A stretch of DNA of 64,000 nt. Origin: Tubiluchus corallicola (lineage: Eukaryota; Animalia; Priapulida). The stretch is from positions 62,001 through 126,000 of the forward strand of contig JAQGDQ010000113.1 of the NCBI GenBank assembly GCA_030141605.1. Direction: 5' to 3'. Made by a program: the position numbers and the translations under genes. The notes below the pieces were generated by a model, which made no database searches, was not told the origin of the DNA, and saw only the letters and a list, made by a program, of their open reading frames with translations. Shown piece by piece: positions 49,791 through 64,000 of this stretch (position 1 is its first letter; every line of letters starts with the position of its first letter).

Positions 49791-50479
49791 AGACCAGAGG
49801 TTTTTTCTTTTTTGTGCATGTGTGTGTTTTTGCACTAGTGGTTTTCTTTTACTAATAGGTAACTTTTGTTACTTTTATTAATAAAAGGTATAAATCAATT
49901 AAAATGAAATTATTCAGTCATCGTAGCCTATATCTGTATCTGTTTCCACTTGGAAAACGGCCCTTGAATGCTCTTAGTTTGTAACCAGCAGGATATTTGC
50001 TTGATTAGTTGACCAATTAATTTATGTGAGAAAAGTATCATTATCTTTCACGTAGTATAATGGAACACATTATTTTAGTTTTAATTATCGATTAAGAATC
50101 ATACTTTGCTGATGAATGCCCCTCTCCCTTCATTATACATAAGATTATATGCATATTATGGTATTGCGATTGTTCCTTATAGCCATATTTATCAAAATAA
50201 TTTGCTTATAACGACTTATAACATAGCCTCTTCTCGCCCACATATAATTAACATTATTTTCCTCATAATACAAAAAATTTTGAATGTATTATTGTAGCAT
50301 TAATTTTGCTACTAAATCACTTATATTCTTATAATTTGCCCCCCCCCCCCCCCATAGCCGTCTTTAAGGTTATGATGGCTATATTACTACCACCAGTTAC
50401 ACTTAACTATTATATACAATTATAGTTATTACTACAAATATAATATATAATTTAATCTCTTTCCCCACTTAAATATGGG

Positions 50480-50722
50480 CACATATATGTGTATATGTAT
50501 ATAATTGTATATACAAGTAAGTAATATGTAAGTATGCATGCATGTGTGTATGTATTGTATACATGTATGTGTCTATGTATGTGTGTGTGGTATACACGAG
50601 TGTATGCATGTACATATGTGTTATATATATATATATATATATACGTAGGGGTTTATGTAAATGCATATAAATATATATACGTGTGTATGAGTGTTTATAT
50701 GTATGTTTGTACAAATATATAT
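50480..50722. repeat. Degenerate (TA/TG)n repeat
   Basis: Directly visible. Confidence 0.9.
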
Positions 50723-51634
50723 CTACTCTGTAGGAGTATATCGATTTAGAATATTATAAAGTTCCCCATGCTAACTGACAGCTTTAAAGGATCATTATGG
50801 TACTCTTCTGTAGAATTAACAATACACATTATCATATAAATATATACTTATTACTGCTTGTTGGTGCATTGAGAGATAATTCAAATTCGTAACTATTTAA
50901 AATTTTTCACTCTGTAAGGCCCACTCAAAGTCGTAATTACATATTATGTTTTCCTTTCTCAACTTTCAGTTTTATTGCTTTTATAGCATTGTTATTATTA
51001 CAATGTTTACTTCATCCTTATTTACATTATTAAGTTATCTACAGAAGCATGCACAATTATAATGCTTTTCATTTAAAAATGTGAGTGTGTTAATGACCGT
51101 ATGGTCGTACACTCACCTCGCACTACTCAAATTATTTTATTTTAATTTTATTGATGTGTTTAATATTGTATTTTTTGATGTGTGAAATAGAAATTCATAG
51201 TTCATAATTCATATTTCTATGAGCGTGTTGTACCCTCTCGTGGAAAGCGAAAAGGGAAAGCGAAAATAGAACTTCAGTGCTATTCCACAACATTTAGTTT
51301 AATACAGAAAACATACAAATTTTAAGTTTACCCCTATGTTCACCCGTGAGCTCTCCAACGTGTGCGTCAAATCACAACTTAACGCATGTGACCTGAGAGG
51401 CACAGCGCCTGTTTTGTGTCAACGCGTTTCTATGTTGCAGGTGCTCGTACATCCAGCGAATGGCGAAATGCATGTAACAGGGAAGAATTAGCCCCACCGT
51501 ATTTTTTTATTTTTTAGATTGTTCCTTTTGAGCTGCTGTTTAAGACTGAGTTTGGTCTTCCTTTAACAAACATAGTACGCAGAAACACAGTACAAGAGAA
51601 TGAGAGAGAAATAGAGTGAGAGAGAAAAAGAAAG

Positions 51635-51873
<239 letters not shown>

Positions 51874-52439
51874 TGCTGAATATAAATTCCGTAACACAAA
51901 TTTATCGGTGACGGTCCTGGGCTTTTTTTGTCCTGACAAGTATAGACTTCTAGCTAAAGGAAGTTGAAAAGACTATAATACGACTCCTCTATCTGAGTGT
52001 TCGCAGTTTGTATAGGCACTAGCACCTCAAAAGAACAAAATGTTACTTGGCACTAATGTTAACAACATGAAGTTATTTAACTACACAAGAGCTTTCCCAT
52101 TCTTCCACTGTAACTATTAAAAATAATTTTACTCTCCTCAAATGATTCATTATAGTGTGTTACAACGCAGTAATAACTGTTTTGCACTCATTTACCGTAG
52201 CGAAATTGGAAAAATTTCGACGCCGCGTGTAAAGGTGACTTTTCTTTACCGTCTTTTAATTTACGCTGTTATTACGGCGTGATTTGGTTAGTTTTTAGCA
52301 AAATTGTCACATTTTACAATACCCAAATGTAATTTTCAGATGCTGCCCCAAGCCGTCTGACAATAACTGTTTTCGAAAGCGGTTAAATTGATTGCTAATG
52401 CATTTAAATTTTTGAATAAAATTCTAATATATTGTAGTA

Positions 52440-52506
52440 GGGCGTTCATGGCTAAGTGGATACACACGTTCATGCGAGTGACGCGGGTTCGATGCTTACT
52501 CGCTCA
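52440..52506 (+). repeat. tRNA-derived sequence
   Basis: A box TGGCTAAGTGG and B box GGTTCGATGC. Confidence 0.55.
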
Positions 52507-53674
52507 GAGCAGTAAGGGCTGTTTATCTCATAGAATGACGATGTGTATATATATCCGAACGAGGTAGGAATACCTTTGTCGATTCAGTGGCCAATTTTTA
52601 GAGATATCCTTGATTCCAATCATGCCATAAACATCTCGTCGAGTAGGCCTTCCCTTTGGGTGCTGAATTCGAGCTTTGCTGTGCCGAAGAGTGTAAAAAA
52701 TAGTAGCTTTAATAGGCATTTTATATGATCTCAACTCAACTTATGAGTCAATAATAACAAAACGATGAAAGAACAATTAAGTGCGTCTGTTTCACCTTCC
52801 CTTTTAAATTTTAAACAGGCAATATTAAGCACTCCTATGCTTTTTTACACGATGGAAGCTTCTCCATTTTAATTTTTTAAAGTCGCACTAAGTCAATTGC
52901 GCTCTCTTTTACCTGGAATACATACTTATTATCTTCAATGCCCAAGATTTCACAAATCAAGCAAATTAGAGTAGATTCAGCTGCGCATACGTGGATTTCT
53001 AACGCATTTGGATTCCTATGTCCCAGGCCAGTCAAAAACTAGTCCAATACTAGATGGTCCTACTGCCATAATTGCGCATGGATTTCCCATAAACACATTA
53101 TTATGTGTTTTCGGCATCTTCGTTCGATGTAAAAAATCGATTGCCCGTAGACCGTTATGGAGAAACCAGTGCAGAGTCAAATCACGTGACTGGTTTATGT
53201 ACCCCGTAACTATTTAGGTACGCCATTAAGACAATTTTATCATCTGTTTTTCGCTAAGCTGTAAAGCATTGATTATCACTGATGGAAAAAGTGTCAAGTG
53301 TTCCAAGTGCTGTAAGAGTAGCCTATATCTAATCTGCGTAATTCCACAGAAACAAATTCTGTGAATTTATAGCGCTGAGAGGTTGACAGGCGTCTGAATA
53401 ATTTAAAGGTTTCCTGTCAGATAGCAGGAGCTACAAGTATGAGAAAAATAATGTTGACGTCTTTTCACTTTTCTGAACTCTCCATTGGGGACTCAAAGTC
53501 AGACGCCATCATTTTAGCAAATTGTTATCGCTTTTTAGTATCAAGTATTGTATCAAGTTCTGATCATTGTTAATGATGCTACAAACCCACTATTAATTAA
53601 ATTATGTAATTAAATCAATGTAGAATAATTAATCTAATTAGTTAGAATCACTGCAGTGTGAGCTGTCTAACAAA

Positions 53675-53835
53675 GAATATGCTGAATACCTTTGGACAGC
53701 TGTACGGGATGCACTTTGGACTGCTTCCACCACTGGAAAATAAGGTGGTCTAGTGGTCTAAGGCTAAGGCAGCTGCCTTATAATCAGAACGTTCCAGGTT
53801 CAAAACCAGCCTGCATCCCAAATTTTCACATTTCC
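53675..53835 (+). repeat. tRNA-derived cassette (family B, second copy)
   Basis: GTGGTCTAGTGG and GGTTCAAAACC. Flanks similar to 30640-30790. Confidence 0.65.
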
Positions 53836-54286
53836 TGTTTTTCAGGTTTGGTATCAAAATTTAATTAATTGTCTGGTTGTTTCATCATAAATAATAAGCT
53901 TTACAATAAGATATAATGATTAAATCGAATAAATATTAGAATACAGCACAACTCTACTTGTACATGTGGTTTTTAGACTCCTGGTACTGTGGTACATGCA
54001 ATTTATTAAGCAGGCTCGTATATGATTGAACGGCTTAAAACTCGCAACCACTCTGCAACAAATGTTCGATAGCTGTGGTACACGTGATTCTAACTTTCAG
54101 TTCTTTTAGTTTTACGTCTAAAGCTTAAGAAGCACAAGCCTCTTTGAAAACAAGCACAAATAATTTAGACAATAAAATGCCAGCAAATACTTTGTCGTGG
54201 CCACTAAATTATTAATATTTTAATGATATTTTAAAAGTTCCGTAAAATTTTTAAAAATTGGTAATGAATAATAATTTTTCAAGATA

Positions 54287-54350
54287 AAAATAAACCGCTA
54301 TGGTTTATAAACACTCTAGCAATCACAGTCATGATCTAACTAATTAATTA
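54287..54350. repeat. Isolated copy of the right TIR of the 35005-35265 element
   Basis: AAAATAAACCGCTATGGTTTATAAACACTCTAGCAATCACAGTCAT versus AAAATAAACGGCAATAGTTTATAAACATTCTGGCAATCACTGTCAT. Confidence 0.7.
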
Positions 54351-55279
54351 CTTTTTAAAAAATTTTGAAATATTAAATTTTAAAATTTAGATTTTTTAGA
54401 TTTTGTATTTGCAGCGACTTTCATTTAAATCAGTATACCACACTCTTTCTTATATGTAGCCAAGCAGTGATTTTACTGCTCGAGTCAAAACGGCAGCAGA
54501 AGAAAACGGTGCAAAACTTCAAAATGTGCGCTAAAAATGTTCACTTACTCAGTCAGAAGAGGCTAAGAGCTTACAACAAGTGAACGTCGGTCAGTCGACC
54601 AGTTGCGAAGAACACCGAGAATCAAATTAGTTAGGGATTTATGAAACACCTTATAATGTTTAATTTGGCGAACTGGGTGGAGCTTTACTAAACAAAATAA
54701 GTAAAACTGAAATATATCTTTATATAATAAGATGTTATATAATCATTTTTCCGACCGCTCGTCTATTAGTATTTCAGTAGTGCCCGGCCTATATATCTAT
54801 CCCAGAGGTAATCCCAAAGTATCCCAGAATTCCACATAGTAACACCTGAGTCTTTTCAATTCCGGGAAGAGATAATTATAAGATTACTGATGTTCTTGCG
54901 CGGCAGAGCTTGTCAGAGAGAAAGTATTGATATGCTGCCAGAAAAACCGTATAAGAGTTCTTGCATTTAACGGTTACCGTACCATTTCAGCGGCAGAGAA
55001 ACGAATGAACACTACTCAATGCCCCAGGACACATCCCAGGCTTCATTAGTGAAGCATAATAATCATGATTCCTCGCATTTACACAAATCAGTCACGGAGA
55101 GTCTCGTTAAAAACGTTCCCTTTAACACGTCAATAATTAGGACAGGATTTCTCAAGATGAGTCTTAGACACGCTGCCTTAATTTCAGGAATAGCAATACA
55201 ACCAGCCACAACCTGCTATCAGTAAATTTATATCTATGTTAACACTTCTCAAACCTGAAGTATGTTTATTATCGTGCAT

Positions 55280-55718
55280 CGATTCATTCTTCCTTCATTC
55301 CTAAACCATCCATTCATTCGTTCTACCGTCTGCCCGACCGTTCGCTACTTTGTTCGTTCGTTTGTTCGTTTACTTGTTCGTTCGCTCATTCATTCATTCG
55401 TTCGTTCGTTCGTTCGTTTATTCATTCTTACATTCTTTCGTTAGTTCATTCATCCATTCATTCATTCATTGACTCACTACTTCACTCATTCATTCATTCA
55501 TTCGTTCATTCATTTATTCATTCATTCTTTGACTCTCTACTTCACTCATTCATTCATTCGTTCATTTACTTATTCATTCATTTATTCACTACTTCTCTCA
55601 TTCGCTCATTCGTTCATTCATTTATTCATTCATTTACTCACATACTCACGTTCACTCCCTCACTCACTCACTCACTCACACACTCATTCGCTCACTTATT
55701 CATTCATTCGTTCATTCA
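55280..55718. repeat. (TTCA/TTCG/CTCA)n tetranucleotide array
   Basis: Directly visible. Confidence 0.95.
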
Positions 55719-57419
55719 AAAAATGAAAAATCTAGGCCTGTTGGGCATTTTACGTTAATAGTAAAAACTATATATGTAAAATTCATTTTCCACTTTCTTT
55801 TTAAAAGTTCGATGAAAAATAAAAATTCGTTATTGGTTCTCGGATGATTAGCAACTAACAATTGAAATGTCTTATATAAACTTAAAAGGTCAAAAGCTAA
55901 TGATTGAAGTGAGAGTCGTAAACTGTCTTGAAATAACAAAATTACTGTATTGAATATTTCTTTACCTACCACGGGCTGTAAAAGAGATTTTTACAGCGCT
56001 TCCCCATCTCCCATGATTAGGAGGGAGCGGTGTTTCCTTTCGCTCAGTACCAGGCCGTCAATTTACACAAGCTTACTTACAATGCGCGTAGTATATGCAG
56101 CATGTTCATCACTACAATACAGATATGCATTGAAAACTATAACTTGAAAACCCTAACTTTGGAGCATGATTAAAGCTCAACACTTTAATTTAAACAATTT
56201 AAACTTTACAGTTTATAAGTCAAGTCTGAGAAAAACTGGCATGACGTTGGATTTAGAATATTTTTGAGCAGTCACTGTCAAAGAAGATCTAAAATTTTTT
56301 CTGTTATTTTGTTGATGTTGATGGAGGCAATTAAACTAACGCTCCGAGAATGACACTACTCTTGGTAGCACTGCACGCGTTGACTTCTTCGATTACAGAT
56401 TCGAAACGATTATTTTCAAGTAGTTTTTAAGTGGATCACATTTTGGTTCCAAAAAGTACATTACTGCTAAATCGCCAGTATGCATGAGTCCAAAGTTTTC
56501 ATTAAAAGGTGCAAATATTCCGCTCGTTCATTCTTAATTCTTAAGCACTCAAGTAAACACATATGAAGCGGAAACTAGCTTTTGAGCGAGAAAAGTCGTT
56601 TATAACCTACAATCCAGACCTGCATGTAGATGACTTGAAAGCGCTAACTTTAAAACATTATTAAAGCTCAATCGCACTTTTGCGACAAACGCTTTATTAT
56701 TTTCGCTTGAAAATTTAATGTGCAAATTTAGCACTTACCAAAATTCCTATAAAAGTACACTTCTGGTGCGACTACTTCCGGTTTGCCACAGATTGGTCCC
56801 CTAGCTTTAATGTTGCATTAAATCATCAGGAAATTATTTTCCTTGCACATTAATTGATTTTATAACACCGTTCTTCTGCTTTCTGAAATCATTTTAGAAC
56901 TAAGATAAACTGTGAATGGTTGAGAATCGTGATAATCGTCTGCTACGGTGAATACTGCGCCGAGTTGTTCGAGCATGCGCATTAGATGTTTTGATAATTA
57001 ACCTGGAAAAACTGAAACCCGTCAAGTTGACTGTGGTGCTCAGACCACATGACTCCCAGTCGCACACTGGCTACAGAGATTTTCACACGCCAACGCAACT
57101 TTAAGAAAGATTTTTGCTCGAGTTTCATCCGTTACACCAAATCGTTAAAAACTCTTTAAAATTTCTCGTCCAAGAATATCAAGTCGCCTCTTGATTATCA
57201 TCGAAGGCGTTAAGTAAATACATCAGTGCCAAAGTTATTCCTATCAAGCAAATGGCATGAGCAACTAAAAAGCGTCAGTATGCATTGATGATGGACAGTG
57301 ATAACGATAACGATGGTGATGATGATGATAATGATGACGACATCATAACGATAATAATAACAACGACGGCGATGATGATAGTGATGAAGATGCCAAGGAC
57401 GATCACAACAAAATGACTT

Positions 57420-58450
57420 TAGTAGTAGTAGTAGTAGTAGTAGTAAAATCTTTATTTGCCATTTTAAAACATTGACCATCATAATACAAGACAGACAATC
57501 AGTGTTAGTTCATATGAAAAAAAACATACACTGTTCTGGGCAAATGCGTCTGGTGCAAGCTAAACTATAAGTGCAACTAGAAATTCAAAAAATAAAATAT
57601 AAACTAGTTTAGTACGGTCTAGAAAAAATGTAATTATGATTTGAGTAAGTGTCATCGTGTTCGTATGTCGGATATTCAAAACGTGTCATTAAATGTTTTT
57701 TTAATTTAGACTTGAATATTGATAAAGAGCTGCTGTGTTTTAGTGATGTCGGTAATGAATTCCAAAGTTGTATAGCTTGTTTAGTAATGGAATTCTTTCC
57801 ATATTGGTTGTTCGTTCTAATGTTTCTTAAATTCAGTGTTCTGTTATTCATACTGGGGTTTTTAAGAAATGGGAACTTATTGTTTTTGAAGGGAGCATTA
57901 ATATTGTTGATATATTTATAGAGAAACAGGAGAGTTTGATAATCTCTGTGGGCTTCTAGTATCGGGATTTTCATGGAGTTTCTTAAAGAGGTGGCAGAAT
58001 ATTTACTTGTATTGTGAGATGATTTCAAAGAGTGGCCATTAACTAATCGTAAAGCGTAGTTTTGAAGTACATTTAACTTATGACTCTCTTTTCACTTTTT
58101 GGTATAGTATGCAGGCATATAAATAATGGGGCAAAATTAAAGTTTTGTAAATTAGAATTTTTGTTTGTTTTGATAGCTGTCCTCTGATTTGTCGAAGGCA
58201 CGAAGTACTTAATGTCATTTTTTATAAATGTTGATAAACTGCTCTTCCCATGTAAGCATGTTGTCAAACTTAACGCCCAAGAAATTAACAACTTTTGACT
58301 GCACGATAACATCATTTTCTATTTGCAAGGATGTAGCAGCTGTATTTTCAGTATTGTTAATTGTTGGGGATAATACCATAAATTCTGTTTTGACACTATT
58401 CATTTTTAGCTTGTAATAATTAAATGCCATGTTGATATTCTTTGTTGACA
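57420..58450 (-). mobile_element. 5'-truncated L2/Crack-like LINE with AATAAA plus (CTA)n tail
   Basis: LKMNSVKTEFM, FLGVKFDNMLTW, AIQLWNSLPTSLK, FKSKLKKHL. Tail at 57420-57458. Confidence 0.85.
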
Positions 58451-58828
58451 ATGACCTGATGATTATGATAATTGTAAATAAAATTACATGTATGACTATT
58501 ATTATGATGATGACACTGATGCAATCATCAATTGGCGATGATGATAATAATATCTGGTCCCTTAGGAAAAACAGATAACAAAGCAGTGGTATTGATGGTG
58601 ATGAAATTGTCGGTATCGATTGTTAACCGTAAGGAGGATGATGGCAATGGGTCTTTTGATGCTTGATTTTGTCATTTTTGAAGTCAAAAATTTTAACCGC
58701 GTTTTAGTCTACACCAACAAAAAAGCAAGTGTTTTAAAATACAGATAGGCCTAATAAAACTAATAATATCTTTTACAAAAATTTGTACAACAATATAACT
58801 GTCCTTGACACCACTTCTTATAGTTGGC

Positions 58829-61800
58829 TATATGAACATAGATTACTTCTGGTCTGTAACTAGCGTAAAAAGAAAAATAATATGTGTAAAGAATACCTAA
58901 AACGTCCTTCTCAAAATTTATTGAATGAATACAAACAATATAAAAACAAATTAACAAATTTAATAAGGTTATCCGAACTGAAATTTTAACAAGCCAAAAT
59001 TCAAGAAAACAAGAGTAACATATCTAAATCATGGCAAGTGTTAAAACAGATAATTAATAAAAGTAAGCCTACGGGCAATAGGCAAATTAACTTTCTAGAT
59101 ATAAGGCATTGAAATAAGTGATCCAAATGAGGTAGTAAATAAATTCAATAGTTTTTTTGTAAATGTTGGGCGCAATATTGCAAACTCTATTTAGTACACC
59201 AATTCGCAAAAAAGTACGGTGATTGTATAACAATTCCGTGTGTTGAATATATTCATTGAGCCTGTTACTACCCATGAAGTGGAAAACTAATTATGTCATT
59301 AAAATCTAATGTTTGTCCTGGCTATGACGGCGTAACAGCTGATGTGATAAAGTCCGTATGTAAAGGAAATCGTGGAGCCACTCACCAACCTTCTTAATTT
59401 TTCTTTTTTAACAGGTGTCGTCCATAAAGAACTAAAATAGCTGAAGTAACACCAATTTATAAAACCAAGAACGTAACCTATTTGTTAACTACCGACCAGT
59501 TTCAGTTTTTGCCAGTAATGAACAAAATTATTAATGGGATTGAAAATAATGAATATACATTAGGACTTTTCATAGATCTTACAAAGGCGTTTGACACTGT
59601 CGACCATCAAATTTTACTAGAGAAATTGACTTTTTATGGGATTAGAGGAATGTGCTACATATGCCTTGATAGAAAACAATATATAATAACTGCGCTTCTG
59701 GAAAACTAGACATCGTATGTGGTGTCCAGCAGGGTATCAATTTGGGGCCACTATTGTTTATAGTCTACATCAATGATTTAACAACTGTTCCGAAAAAATT
59801 ATTTACGGTAATATTGGCCGACAACACTAGTTTCATCTTATCTGACAAAAATGTTTATTCCCTTTGTGAAATTGTTAATCAGAAACTAATGTTACTATCG
59901 AACTGGTTTAAGGCCAATAAATTGAGTTTAGGTGCAAAAAAGAAAAAAAATGTAATTTTCACTGTAAAAAAGAAAAGATATCTTAAAGAGAACTGTCAGA
60001 TTCAAGTCGATGGTGCTTATATCAGTCATGTTAAAAAAGTTAAAAAAATCGAGAAAGTTGTATTTTATATATACATTTTTTTTTTACTAAATATCAATCT
60101 GGATATCGGCCTTTTGACTCCACTACGTACCAGTTAATTGAAATTGTCCACTTATATTTACAGTAAACTCAGTAATCTGAAGAAGTAATAAAAGTATATC
60201 TAGACATACCTAAAGCATTTGATCGCGTATGGCACGACGGGCTAATATTTAAGCTGCAAAAGGTAGGAATTAGAGGACCATTACTGCAGTGGTTATGCAA
60301 TTATTTAGAAAGTCCACCGCAGAGAGTAGTAATCGAAGGTTCTACATCTGGATGAAAACAAATCAGGGCCAGTGTTCTTCAAGGCTCCATTTTAGGATCA
60401 TTGCCTTTTTTAGTATTTATTAATGACATTGCCGAATACTTGGAAAATACAGTGCACTTGTTTGCTGATGACACAAGCTTACTCTGTTCAACTACCAATA
60501 TGCGTTTTAGCGTCGAAAGTTTGAATCAAGATTTAGACAAAATAAAAAAATGGCGTTCTACTTGGGGAGTTACAATAAATACCGAAAAAGCAAAGTCAAT
60601 TTTATATTCACGCAAAAGATTACCATCAGTACTAAATGGTCACATTTTTGGCAATTCTTAATTTGAAGTGGTTAATACAGTTGAACATCTAAGATTAATA
60701 TTCGGTTTTGCGCTTAACTGGAACTTCCCTGTTAATTATATTGCACAAAAAGCCAAAAAATACTTCATTCACTGTATTTACTTAATTTTACAGACAACTA
60801 CGTATAATTTGGCCATTCTTTATAAAGCATTTGTAAGGCCAATAGTTGAATACGGGATTGTAATTTGGTCAAATTATACTATAGCATTTTTTTTTAAAAT
60901 AGAAAGAATTTATTACCGTGCTATGCTAATATCCTGTGCTATGAAAGGCACCAGCCAAATCAACCTTTATCAGTTACTCGGTCTTCCCTCTTTAAAAGCC
61001 AGAGGTGAACTCCTTATAGTTCAAACAATCGAAAAAATATTTTATCATCAAGCTCCAGATTATTTAAATGAAATAATAAATGAATTTTGCCGAAATGTAA
61101 AACATTATCCAACGCCTGATCCATCTCGTCTAAAACCTACAAGACAATTTTTTAACAGTTTTTTCGAAAAGGCATGAGAATTTGGAACTCTTTACCAAAG
61201 ATTTTACAGAAATATGTACATATTTGCAAAAATTTCTTTCAGAAACAAAATACTTACCTTTTGGAATGTCCGCCCACAAAAATATTATGTTATCGATACA
61301 AAAATGATCGGGCTAACAAAATATTTACTAATAGATGTATTACAAATTTTTCTCAGTTAAAATAAAAGGTGACCTTTTTATTAGAAACTTAATTGACGAC
61401 ACGAAATGTAGCTGCGTGATTTTATGGAAAGTTCTTACCATTACTTTTTCGAATGCGTAAAATATGATAGAGCTAGAACGGTATTATTAGACGACCTACT
61501 CGAGAACGGGATCGTAACACGTGAATCCTTACAGAATTATAATTCTGTAGTATTATACAGAAACACATTCGAAAAATTCAAAACTGGTCACCCATCTTGA
61601 TTTATTATCCATACTTTATTACAGCAGTTTATTAAATTAACCTTTCGCTTCGTAATACAATGTAATTTAATGTTATATGATTAATCAGCCCACTTACTTT
61701 GTAAATGTATTATTATAATTACTGTTGTTGCTAAAATATTGTTTATATAAATCGTGTACGTAAGTTTAATTACCGTCTGCTGATTGTAATTGAATCAAAT

Positions 61801-62796
61801 ATTTTATTGAATCGAGTGTTATAATTTTCAGTTGTGATGACTATTATTCTTTTATTAGTACTTTGCACTCAACACTTGCACTGTGGAGATACCTGTATCA
61901 GACTCGGTCTGTTTTGTAAATCCACTATAAATAAAAAAGTTTAAACTAAACTAAGTAAGTTAAATTTTTAGGTATTATTTTGGATGAGATTTTATCCATG
62001 GAAAAAACATATCAACCATATTTGCTCAAAACTTAGTAAAGTAGTTGGAATTTTCCAAAAATGTTATAAAATTTTAGATTTATCTACTTACAAGCAGCTG
62101 TATTACACGTCTGCATATCCTTACTTTGATTATTGCAGCTATAGTATAGGGTAATACGTATGCAGATACCTTAGAAAGATTATTAAAAATTCAAAAAAGC
62201 TCATCCGTCTAATGACGCACTAGCATTACAGAGCTCACCCTGATAATCTCTTCAAAAATTTGAAGATACTGACAATGCCCAAAGTAGTCGATATGCAAAC
62301 TAACCTGTTCATGTACAAATATGATAATAATCTTTCGCTTAATATATATCACGTTTTTCCGTTATATCAGCAGTATGCGTTCATTCCAATCCATACCATG
62401 ACAATTCATGACAATACCACAAATTCCATTTTCCTAAGTGCAGAACCAATGAAACATTCTGCCCTGTATGTTGGTGTTGTAATATGGAATAATTTATCCA
62501 GTAAAATAAAACAAACCAGTAATTTAAATAAATTTAAAAAATTCTAAAAAAAATATTTACTAGAAAATGTGTTATTTGATAAATGATGTAAGATGTATTT
62601 TTTATCATAATTATACAATTTTATCGTACTAATCAAGTTTTCATCTTTTTATCTGTACTTTCAATTTATTTGTACATTCTTGTGTGTTTACATTGTACTA
62701 ACTTGTACCATGTATTCTGCACTTTAGCTGTAATTTTACTTTCTATACATTGTCGATATACATTTTAATACTTTTAATAGACATGTAAGTCTCTTG
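58829..62796 (+). mobile_element. Decayed L2/Crack-like LINE interrupted by a CR1 insertion
   Basis: FIDLTKAFDTVDHQILL, GPLLFIVYINDL and WFKANKLSL occur before 60045. It resumes with VKFLGIILDE at ~61959 and continues to GVVIWNNLS. Confidence 0.85.
60045..61956 (+). mobile_element. 5'-truncated CR1-type LINE nested in the L2/Crack element
   Basis: YQSGYRPFDSTTYQL, KAFDRVWHDGL, FADD, YKAFVRPIVEYG. AATAAA plus (TAAAC)n tail. Flanked by AAGTTAAA at 60037-60044 and 61957-61964. Confidence 0.85.
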
Positions 62797-64000
62797 TTTG
62801 TGCAACAATATAAATGTCCTTGACACCACTTCGTATAGTTTGCAAAAAATTTATATAGTCTAAATTACTTGACGTTATTCAACACTCTATGTGATTTTTC
62901 GTAACGTTTGGGGTACTCTTGACAACCCTTGAAGCGCCGATCAGTAGGACCAAAACGTTTGTTTTTCAGCAGACTATTACAGGTAAATCGTTAAAACAGT
63001 ATGCACCAGTGCGAAAAAACATCATTGATTTAAAATGTAATCATTTCAAATAGAAAAACTAAAAGCGACTGCATAGGAAAAAAACACAAGCACTATTCAA
63101 TAAGTCTCGCCGGATAAAGCTAATTAAACAAAGCAAAAAGAATAAATTGACGTACCTGAATAGACTGTGATGCTAACCTGAAAACGAAGTTTACAAAATT
63201 TGAAGAATTATGATTACTGAACAAGTACATGCGTCATTGGTTAGTCATTGTGAGTGGTACATAAAGTTGAATTGTTTATGGTGTGTTACACTAAATGAAT
63301 CCCATTTGAACTTGAAGTAAAAATTAGAATCAATTAAAAATGCGTAGGTAAAAAAGATGATAATACAAAGTCTGAGTAATAATTTTGAGTAAAAATGCTA
63401 AATGCACTCAGGAACCAACAGAAATTTAGTTTGAGTCATTAACAAATAACATTAACCCCGCCTAGCTACTTTACGGTGAATAGCAACAGTTCGTCATGCT
63501 AATAAGCGAAAACGTGTAGACAGTTAGTTGTTTATCCAATTTTCAAGTAAAAATGCCACAGTTTATTAGTCATAAATTTATCAACTATACTAAATATTTT
63601 TTTATTTAGAGGATTTTTTAAAGGTTTATCAGCGGACCCATTGATAAGCTTTCTTAACTTCATTATAAATTTTTATATTAGTCATGGGGTAAAGGGAACA
63701 ACACAGTGCCTAACTACACAAGTTAATCAACGCCAGGTATAGGTCTGCCATACTGCGGCTACCTATTTGCGCTAAAAAGGGATGATTCGAGTACTTCAGT
63801 ATGTTGCAAAGATATCTCTGCCAACTCATTGCCTCATGTCAAAGGATACACCATAGTCGGAAAAGTCCCGCTTCTGCCACCACCATCTATTTTAACTAGG
63901 TCTCCCGTTGAGCGCTGAATGCCACCTTTCAGGCAATAATTGTGCTTTCAGTAGTTAGTAATTATAACTATGCTTGCCATGGGAATACTGCAAGAGTGAA

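Overview
AT-rich, repeat-dense eukaryotic DNA, most likely from a protostome invertebrate. There is one clear host gene: a minus-strand class A GPCR of the trissin-receptor type, with two coding exons (12668-12497 and 8764-7557, 459 aa) and a splice acceptor implying a further upstream 5'UTR exon. Almost everything else I can interpret is mobile DNA or simple repeat. This includes a decayed Ty3/Gypsy pol with its 3' LTR, a nearly intact RTE-X-type LINE, and a young pol-less LTR element (17870-21602) plus a related solo LTR, both flanked by ATAT and sharing LTR hairpins. There are also pogo/Tigger, hAT and other Tc1/mariner derivatives, tRNA-like cassettes that sit inside larger (in one case palindromic) elements, nested L2/Crack and CR1 LINE relics, and many mini- and microsatellites. 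I found no prokaryotic-type system or CRISPR array. The best candidates for something undescribed are the structured non-autonomous LTR family and the elements carrying an internal tRNA-like cassette. Family assignments come from motif recognition only; no searches were run.
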